Origin: Atractiella rhizophila
Lineage: Eukaryota
Direction: 5' to 3'
Assembly: GCA_021432655.1 (NCBI GenBank)
Contig: MU271374.1
Coordinates: 59,178-79,177 of the forward strand
DNA: 20,000 nucleotides
The notes under the pieces were generated by a model, which was given only the letters and a program-made list of their open reading frames with translations, did no database searches and was not told where the DNA came from. This document shows, piece after piece, positions 11,629 through 20,000 of this stretch. Position 1 is the first letter of the stretch. Every line of letters begins with the position of its first letter. The position numbers were made by a program, and so were the translations under genes.

Positions 11629-12730
11629 ATGGCTGTGGCTGCCATCTTTTCTGGAACCAGGCCGATTTGTATCTGCCAACAGAATGTCGATGGAAATTCC
11701 CATCTTCCACGCGAAGTCTGGATCCTTGTAGCAAATCAGCTACCTCTTTGGTACGCTCAGCTTGGTCAATCCGGCGCGCAAGGTACAGCATTCACTCGCC
11801 ACCTCTACACTTTACAGGAGAATACCTGCCTATCTGGTTACAAGAAGTCAAGGGCTCTTGCGAGCAACCTCGTAGAACGGCTTAAGTTGCTAAAGTATGT
11901 AAGGCATCTAGCATTACTTAGGCGAGGTTGAGGAAGAGAAGACCGTCCATAAAGAGTCCATTAAGCTGTTAGAGCATGAAGTGCTGCTTTCGAATTTCTT
12001 TCCACTGACGGGGCACTCCGTGGTATGCCATAGACTAGCTTGCTCCTGCTCTAACACAGAAAAATGCCTGGAACTCGATAGGACGTCGGCGTTCCGAAAC
12101 CCTTTTGAAACATGATATTGTCTGGGAGACGACGGGGAAAGGCAAGTTCCTTCGGCTTGAGAAGTTGACCGTGCGAGAGTTTCCTTATGGATCCGACGAG
12201 CACCATTCTTCAGTATGTCTTCTTAATCATGTGGAGCCGATTAACTGATATAATAGCTTTTCGAGATCGACCTTCTGGAAGAGGATACAATTTATTACTC
12301 ATGAGTTTGTCTGACAACGGTATCGGTTCGCTTGAACTGTCACGTTCGCGTTCATCAAAGAAATCTGTAGTGGATGATGTGCCAATCACAAAAGACATGT
12401 TCACCTGGCTTGCAGCCAACGAATCTTTCACCCTGCTTCATCTGCGAAGTCGTTTTAGAGAACGATGAACGAGAAATGATTGTGCATCAATTGTTGACCT
12501 TCTAGAGAAAGCTAATTAGTCTTCCCCTTTTTGTTGACATCCGAGCTTGGAAGTGTTGGAGTTCCAGGGGAGCTTCATTCCATTCTCTGGGCTTCTTTGT
12601 TGATAGCTTGACGTTAAAACGCTGCTGGGAGAACGGGGTGGAAGTTTGCGCACAGTGGTCTTGCGCAAAGGGGAGTATAAGATGTACGACGGTTATGGAG
12701 GAGTTTTGCCTGCCGATTTTGTAGCTTGAT
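11629..12730 (+). pseudogene. Probable decayed F-box/LRR-like gene remnant
   Basis: F-box-like HLPREVWILVANQLP in ORF 11629-11931, then LRR-like fragments (FLRLEKLTVRE, PSLEVLEFQG, SLRTVVLR) and intron-like segments. In-frame stops (e.g. TGA TAG at 12601-12606) prevented any intact model. Boundaries are approximate. Confidence 0.35.
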
Positions 12731-13082
12731 AGTATGTGATTGGATTAGCTATAACTTTAAGGTCCAGAGAACACTTATTGAGGGGCTGAAATCCACTCTT
12801 AACCTTCAAACAAGTTCCTCCCGGCTTGGGACATGGAATTATCCGCGCAATATCAATGGTGTTTCTTAATGGGACATTGTTCATCCGCAGCTGATCTAAG
12901 GAACATTCTCCCGAACATTATCTGTTATTTCACCTGCGAAAGCACCACGGTTGCACCCGTACAGCTGATTGCGGGACTCGGGATCGGTTGGACTTTGCCC
13001 TCATCTCCTTCCTCCAACTCAGAGCAGCGTCGACCTGCTCTTTTAGCATCCTTCGTGTCTGTTGGACTGCACGAGTCCTGCA

Positions 13083-15571
13083 ATGGCACCCTCGAGCCCT
13101 TCTGAACGCCTTTCTCAAATCAAGAATGCATTAGTAGTAAAGGATGGGGACCTTCCCATTGCATTCAAGTTCAGACCTAAACTACCAGTCAGTTGCTCCT
13201 TCTTAGGATGAGAGAAAGCTAATGCGTACCCTAGCCTGGCTTACCTGTTAACTGGACTCCTCTGAACCCAGTAAGCATTGCTTTCGAACGCTGTTCTGCG
13301 CTCAACGAAGTACTAGCTCTCATTTCTACTCAAATCTGCCACGGTACCTTTCCTGTCTCGCATCAGTCTCATATCCATTGAACCAACCGACAGGTATACC
13401 CGACGAGGACCGCATTAGTACATTTGGAGGCAGGTAAGAAATGGAGCTTCAGTGAATGGTCTTAACTACTTCCTTCACGTCACATGTGCCAATTTTGATT
13501 GCCATTGTCAATAATAGGGCCATGAGAGTGTGCTACCTGGCATACGGCTTGAAGGGGATGTCTATTAAACCAGGCGATCGCGTTGCTGTGCTTGCTCCGT
13601 GAGCTTTCATAGCTCTCAGTTTTGATCGAATGACAACGTTTGACGACACGGAACAGGAACACCCCCATGATTGCAGATCTGATTCAAGCCTGCCCAGCAG
13701 TGAAGGCTGTCATTGTCACTATCAAGTATTATCTCAGATGTGAGAGACATAAAGGATGACAGTGATTCTTTAGTATTCGCTTGACACGCCCAGAAATCCT
13801 CTACATCATCGAACACTCTGGCGCTTCTGTTGTTTTCGCCGATCACCAATTTGTCGAACTGACACAAGGCTGCTCCATCCCGGTCGTCGTTTCTTACGAC
13901 GGTGCCAAACCCCCTGCTCAAGACCCTTTCGAACAAGTAATTGAACGAGGAAAGAAGTCAGCCTCGGAAGGCTGGGACGGTTTGGAGCTGGAAGCAGATG
14001 AAAATGCACCATATGCTATTTCTTACACTTCAGGGACGACTGGAAAGCCTAAAGGTAAATCATTCAGGTTTAACACATTGCTGAAGCCATCCCAGGAGTG
14101 GTTACGACATTACGCTCGACATATTTAGCCGCTCTTGCGAATGTCATTGAAAGTCGGCTGACAGCTGACAGCTGCTTTTTGTGGATCGTGCCTATGTTTC
14201 GTGAGTTTGCTCACTTAGAACAATAGATGTGCTAAGTGCCTTACAGACTGCGTTGGCTGGACATTTCCATTTGCTTGTACGGCGGCGCATGCGACTCAGT
14301 TCTGTCTAAGAAGCGTTGGAACATACGACCTGATCTGGGATCACATCCTCCACCATAAAATTACCGTAAGCAGCCGGGTTAACGAGAGTGGGAATTCTGA
14401 TGAAATCTCAGCATTATTGTGGCGCACCAACAGTCCAGTGAAGTCTACTTTATCACTTTCGAGTTTATGATCTTTACTTGATATGCAGATTGATGCTTTA
14501 TAGTCACAAGAAAGCCCGCCGTGTGCCTCAACCAGTCACTGCTCTAGTCGCAGGTGAAGTTCCTTTCTCTTCATCTGACATCTAGTAACGGCTGCCTAGG
14601 TGCTGCACCTACTCCGACGCAGATAAAAAGCCTCGAATCTCTCGGAATCGAGGTTGTGCATGTCTACGGGTTGACAGAAACGCTAGGACCATCGACGCGG
14701 GCGTTCCCCCAGGACTGGTGGGAAGAAGTCTCAGAAGATGAGCGCTACCACCTCAAGGCACAACAGGGGCACTCTTACTTGACAACCGACGACGTTCGCG
14801 TAATCAAGTTAGCGGAACACCGGGATGCGGCGAATCCTATACAAGAGACAGCTGCTGACGGTCATGAAGTTGAAGAAATCGTGATGAGAGGCAACCTTAC
14901 GATGAAAGAATATTACAACGACCATGCTGCTACTCAGGCGAGTTGTTCTAATGGATGGTTCCGTGAGCGATTCATTCTTCTTAACTGTCAATTCTGATCT
15001 GACCGAGCTGTAGATACTGGCGACCTCGCTGTGCGATTCGCGGATGGTCGCTTCGCCATCATGGACCGAGCAAAAGATGTGCTTCATATCTTAATTCGAC
15101 AGAGTGTACAATTGAGCACTGATTCATAGATAATCATCTCGGGAGGAGAAAATGCGAGCAGCCTGATGATTGAAGAACAGCTTTCAGCACATCCTGATGT
15201 GCAAGAATGCGCCGTCGTTGCGAAGAAAGAGGTGCGTTCCCAGTTTACGCGCATAGGAAGAGTCGGACTGAGTCGTTTGTAGGCGAAATATGGGGAACGA
15301 CCATTCGCTTTCGTCGTTCTCACACCAACCGCAGCCTCTAACTGGCACAACAATTCTGAGGGATTTGCGCAGGCCTTGAAAGATTTCTCCAGAAGTCGTT
15401 TACCGGGATTTGCGCGACCAGGTTAGCTTTCGCTTCTATACTAGTGCGCTCTTTGACAGTGTCGACGTTTTTGCGGTTAAAGAATGGGTCCAGGTGGTGC
15501 CAGAAATCGAAAAGAGTGCGACGGGCAAGGTGTTGAAGTACGAGCTTCGGAAACGAGTGAACGGCAAATAA
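13083..15571 (+). CDS. AMP-dependent acyl-CoA synthetase (ANL/acyl-activating enzyme family), many exons
   Basis: Spliced N-terminus MAPSSPSERLSQIKNAL..NWTPLNP/LSFLLKSAT/VYPTRTAL..IKPGDRVAVLAP. P-loop YTSGTTGKPKG; also VHVYGLTET, GWF-TGDLA, DRAKD/IIISGGEN, and C-terminal KSATGKVLKYELRKRVNGK* with TAA at 15569-15571. Confidence 0.92.
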
Positions 15572-15658
15572 TGCGTGTTTCACGACGTAGAATTATACCC
15601 AAGGAATCCAGCTAACAGTACAATACGATGGACAACCTAGCAAGGCCCGTGAAGCAGA

Positions 15659-16611
15659 TCACTTCGATTTTTCTGAGAGTTCCTTCGCCCGCGCGGCCTT
15701 TTCAGCCGCCTCCTTTCGCTTCTTCGTTTGGACATTGACATAAAGTCCAGCGCAGAATGCAACCAAGCTGATGCCCACCATCAGGGTAATCTAAAAACGG
15801 GTGTAACCACTTACTTGAAGAATGGAACCCAGAGAGATGGGTCCAAGAACTTCTGGGCAAATGCCATCGACAGGGGTGAGATGATCCACGTGAGCTACAG
15901 AGAAGTTATGTGCCGCAATACAAGGTGTGAATGAACTTGCCTTCATGATTCTCCAGAATCCGAGCTTCACATAGGCCATTGCCTGATCAACGCTTTTGGC
16001 TCCATTGATATATCCCATGCAGAACAGGTCTTGTCCAGGTCATTAACTATAGCGTAGCCCGTAGACATATACGCACAGACAGACTGCTGAATGGGAGAGA
16101 TAAATATATTGGAGCAAAGGATTTGTGCGATGCGCGCTTTAGCAGAGGTCTTTCCCTCAAACAGCTTCGTCAAAACACCCAAAAGAGTGTGACCCAACGG
16201 CGCAGACACGAAGAAACCTTCAGAGCAGCCACTCAGCAAAGACCCACCGCTTCCATACACGAGACACGCACCATATGCACCCATTTTCAGGGCTCGTTGG
16301 TTCGCCTGCACGACATCAAGGGCTGGATTTCCTGACGGCTTGAAGGACACTTTCGCTCCCGTAATTTGACCAGCGATGACCTCTTGCAGAAGTCTGTAGG
16401 TAAACAGCTCAAAAGACATCCATCACGACGAAGAAGAACACTTTCGAAAGCGTGCCAGCTGTGCATGCTTTGGTCAAGAGAGGCCGAGTTGCGAGGCTCT
16501 GGAGGTACCGAGCGAGGAGGGGATTGAGCTCCTGCAGGCAAGCAGGTTATTGGGGTCTGTATTGGATTCAGAGGGATGGCTCACTTGTGGTTTGACAACA
16601 GGTTGGGCCAT
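15659..16611 (-). CDS. Mpv17/PMP22 (PXMP2-like) peroxisomal membrane protein
   Basis: Exons translate MAQPVVKPQ / LNPLLARYLQSLATRPLLTKACTAG / LLQEVIA..RALKMGAYG / FFVSAPLGHTL..KLFEGKTSAKARIAQILCSNIFISPIQ / ..GFWRIMK / LTWIISPLSMAFAQKFLDPSLWVPFF / LVAFCAGLYVN..SEKSK*. One junction near 16400-16460 is unresolved. Confidence 0.9.
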
Positions 16612-17023
16612 GGTTTTGCTGCTTTCTGTCCTTTTTGCTGGAGAATGCTGCTCTCTTCGAACTCGGGTTTTATTTCCGCTTCGTAGTTCAAGCTGAGCCG
16701 GTTCAATATCCGGGGCAACTCTCCGAAAAAGCGGGGAACGATTCAGCCAAGCCGAACAACGCGCCGACGCGCGCCAACCTGCGACCCAATCACAAACCCC
16801 TATCTCGTTATCTTCTTGAGTGAAAGAGTGCTCGATTCCTTATTTCCTCAACAACACGCATAGATACAGATCTAGTCACTGATCTTATGTTATATAAACG
16901 AGGAAACTTTCCACTTGTAATTGAACTCATCATTGAGAAGGGGAGGAAGCAAGAACATGCACTGCGACTCGGAATAATACATGGCCCTTCTCAGAATCAG
17001 ACAAGTTTGAAGAAACGAAAGAA

Positions 17024-18527
17024 TCAAACCGAAACTTGATGACAAAACCCACTTGTTACTTGTTTGGACAACAGGGAACTGATCGACTGATTGCAAATTT
17101 CAGTCCATTTCCATTGGAATATCTTCTTTCCCCGTGCTCCGTTCCGACGACTCTCGAAGAATCGACGCCGATCCAACGCTCCCGGGGGTGAAGGATCGAT
17201 CCTGAGGGCCTTAGATCCAAACATGCTGCCATTACCAAGAGCGTGCGAAGGAGACCGAACGAAACTGCCGACCGAACCGACTTCTCGCTTCTGCTCCTCG
17301 AAGAAACCGATGGGAGGTGTTGATGATTGAAACGGAACGGCGGTAGTCTGTCTTTCCCTGCCATAAAACGACCCAGACTGTTTCGCAGCTTGTCCATCAT
17401 TACTTCCATTGCTTCCGTGCTGACTTCCATTTCCTGTGAGGAAATGGTCTTCACCGGGGAAGAAGCCCTGTTCTTCAAGCACGTCCATGCTGAACTCTTC
17501 CAAGTCGGCGACAGGAGAAGTAAAGTCCTCTTCCGTTGTGGGATTGGTCATATCGCCGTGTGAATATAAGGAGGAGAAGGACGAAGAGATTGAGGACGCC
17601 TGAATCTTGTCGATGTTGAATCGATCTGAGCCCAATAATCCCGACTCCGGTGAGCTGACAGCAGCAGGCCAATATGATTTGTCTTCGGGGAGAGACCGAC
17701 TCGGGGCGATTAAAATAGCGGCTGCCTGCAAATAAGATGAGCATTACAAATGACCATGTTCCAGTCGCAGCCATACCTCAAGCATTTGAACTTGGGCATG
17801 CTTGGAAAGCATCAACTTGCTCGCTTCTTTCCAGTGCTAACGTCAAACAGCATAAGCACAAGTCAGCGAATCGTTGAAATTTGACATGCCTCGGAGTGTT
17901 CCCACCTGCGGAAAACATGGTTAGTTGAGAAGCGCGGCACATGGGGATAAACAAACCGATGCTTAACCAAACATTGTGCATGCCGATATTTCTAAGCGAA
18001 ATCGTGAACCAGTTTCCAAAGCTGGTACTTGACGAAAAGCACACCTTTGAGCACTTCTCGCACTTGAAGATTTGGCCCCGTCCTTTATTCCTCTTCTTCA
18101 GCTGCCCGGTCGCATCCACGCTTTGCATTTCTGCGTCATCGAACTCGCCGTCATCCACCACCTCGTCGTCATCGAAGACGCCCTCCATGGGCTCTAATCC
18201 TTTCGGAGCGCTTTGAGCGGCCTTGTTTAGCGGTACGCTTTGAGCTTTAAACTTGGCACGTTCTGCCGCAGCCGAGGAGTGATTCGACGAGCGCCGTCTC
18301 GAAGCGATCTGATATGGCTTATGGGCATGAGGATGTAAATGCGCGCCGCCCGACGAGCTGTTGCGAATGGGAATCGGTGCTGGAACTCCATGAGCACTGG
18401 GAGCCTATTCGACCATTCCACATCACGCTCAATCCCCTCTTTCTCCGCTAAGAAGCAGAAAATTCACCTGGTTGGGCCATTCGTTGACCATGCCCTGAAC
18501 CACAACACCGTATTGGTTATCAGGCAT
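17024..18527 (-). CDS. Fungal single C2H2 zinc-finger protein, putative transcription regulator
   Basis: Start MPDNQYGVV at 18527, then an intron and an exon in frame with ORF 18188. The finger is split over small exons: FKCEKCSK/KYRHAQCLVKHR/WEH../HWKEASKLMLSKHAQVQMLE/AAAIL, which matches a conserved fungal C2H2 + SKHxQVQxLEAA module. Ser/acidic low-complexity C-terminal half. The true stop may be at 17100 (see findings). Confidence 0.82.
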
Positions 18528-19042
18528 GCTCTGATATCGACTTAGATGAAATAAGGCTCCGAGTCTGATTGTTGGGATGCCTGCACGTCAGAAGGCTGGA
18601 AGATGGTTGTGGGGCGTAAACGTGAATGAAAATGCAATGCTCGTTGTTGAAAGGTTGGATGGCTTGGACGCCTGAAAACATTGGAGGATAAGGAGATAAG
18701 CTACAACATGTTGGGGAAAGCTGAATTTGAGGTGGTCGTCGTTTCTCGACTTCTCGAAAAAAAATTAGGTTGAGAGCCTTCGTTTTGTGACTCAAGCTAA
18801 ACTCCGTTGTTCCGTGAAACTGCGGACTCAATTTCTCGCTTTTTCTTTCTGATCAGATTGTGTCACTGAAAGGTGAACTAATGGCAAGAGTTTGGCTAAA
18901 AAACGCCTGTTGATCCAACGCAAGAGTTGAAACAAATGTTCAAAGTCCACCAACCCTTTGGGATTGGATTAAACAACGCTGGCACGCTGACATTGAATTA
19001 CTGAAGGTCACTGGCACAACGACCCTGAGGTAGAAGTACTTG

Positions 19043-19967
19043 TTATACAAAAGGTGGAGGTCCTGGCATACCAGGCGGCGGAGGTGCTTGAAACCCAACT
19101 GGTGGAGGAGGGATGATTCCATGAGGAGGAGGTGCAAATCCAGGCGGTGGCGGAGGCATTCCATTGGGAATGAATCCAGGTGGAGGAGGCGGAGGCATGG
19201 ACATCATTGGAGGAGGTTGAGAGTACATCATGGGAGGAGGTGGAGCGGAAACTGGCATCATCATTGGAGGAGCTGGTTGAGCGAAAGTCATTGGAGCCAT
19301 CGGAGGTGGCGGCGGTGGTTGCATTCCCAGCATCATCACACCAAGACCTCCCACAGGCAGAGCGTTGTTCTTTCGCGCTTGAGCAGCCAAAAGACGCTCG
19401 GCTCCGGTACCATGTCGTTCACCTTTACCTTCTTTCTTGAAAGCGTAATCGACGGAGATAGGCTTGTTCATGAGGAATTGATTGTTCATGGACTCGATAG
19501 CGCCGTCCGAAGATTCGAAGGATTCGAAGCAGACAAATCCGTAACCTTTCGATGCGCCAGTTTCAGGATCCCTTGCAATCTAATTAAAACCAAGACGTCA
19601 TCAAAAGAATCTAGAGAAGAGAAAATCTACCTTTGCAGGCTGAACCAGTGTCCCAAAAGCCGAAAAAGTGTCGTACAGCATTCGCTCATCGACATTGACA
19701 TCCAAATTGCCAACAAATAAGTTCGCTCCAATGTCAAGCTTTGTTCGATCCGTAGTAGCTTGAGACTGAAACGTTGACCGTCAGTTGTTATCCCTCAACC
19801 AAGAATCGAAGCAAAACCGACCTTGTTCACACGAATGGGCTTGCCAAACATTTTTATCTGGTTCATGATTTTGCAAGCATACTCCGCGTCATCCTCGCTC
19901 GCAAACTCGCAGAACCCATACCCTTGATGCGAATTCGAAACTCGATCTTTGGGAAGGTGGACATTTA
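19043..19967 (-). CDS. SF3B4: Splicing factor 3B subunit 4 (SAP49/Hsh49), 5' end outside window; exons 19822-19967, 19631-19765, 19043-19579
   Basis: Two RRMs: [34 protein letters not shown] and [22 protein letters not shown] / [50 protein letters not shown], followed by a Pro-rich tail. Confidence 0.97.
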
Positions 19968-20000
19968 CTGCACAGAACCTATAAACAGGAGACGCTAGCA

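Noticed and set aside
11400..13120. A minus-strand gene built from ORFs 11579-11791, 12210-12431, 12693-12884 and 12930-13118
   Set aside because: No recognisable motifs and no consistent splice model; plus-strand F-box/LRR-like fragments explain the region better.
13083..18527. Secondary-metabolite gene cluster (adenylating enzyme, membrane protein, transcription factor)
   Set aside because: No PKS/NRPS carrier domains or tailoring enzymes; the neighbours are conserved housekeeping families.
19040..19720. 226-aa Arg/Trp/His-rich plus-strand ORF
   Set aside because: Antisense shadow of the Pro-rich (CCN) tail and RRM of SF3B4.
1..20000. Prokaryotic features (CRISPR, operons, defence systems) and rRNA/tRNA genes
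   Set aside because: The DNA is spliceosomal-intron-rich and eukaryotic. No repeat-spacer array or recognisable structural RNA was seen by eye; small snoRNAs cannot be excluded without an Infernal/Rfam search.

Overview
Eukaryotic, intron-rich fungal DNA; short GT-AG introns of about 45-70 nt with CTRAC/CTRAY branch sites, and gene content suggests a basidiomycete (inference). The ORF track only captures exon fragments, so the gene models below were spliced by hand. Gene order: 5'-truncated mitochondrial processing peptidase alpha (+); secreted GH3 beta-glucosidase (-); an unknown multi-exon gene (+) containing a ~1.72 kb internal tandem duplication whose first copy has a nonsense codon; ribosomal protein eS7 (-); a small 3-exon NDUFA4/MLRQ-like gene absent from the ORF track (+); a probable decayed F-box/LRR-like gene (+); an AMP-dependent acyl-CoA synthetase with a near-PTS2 N-terminus (+); an Mpv17/PMP22-family membrane protein (-); a C2H2 zinc-finger protein (-); and 5'-truncated SF3B4/Hsh49 (-). 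No RNA genes, transposons or CRISPR arrays were seen, and I cannot support a novel multi-gene system. The most unusual item is the unevenly diverged intragenic duplication, which is either a real exon-block duplication or a haplotype assembly artefact.
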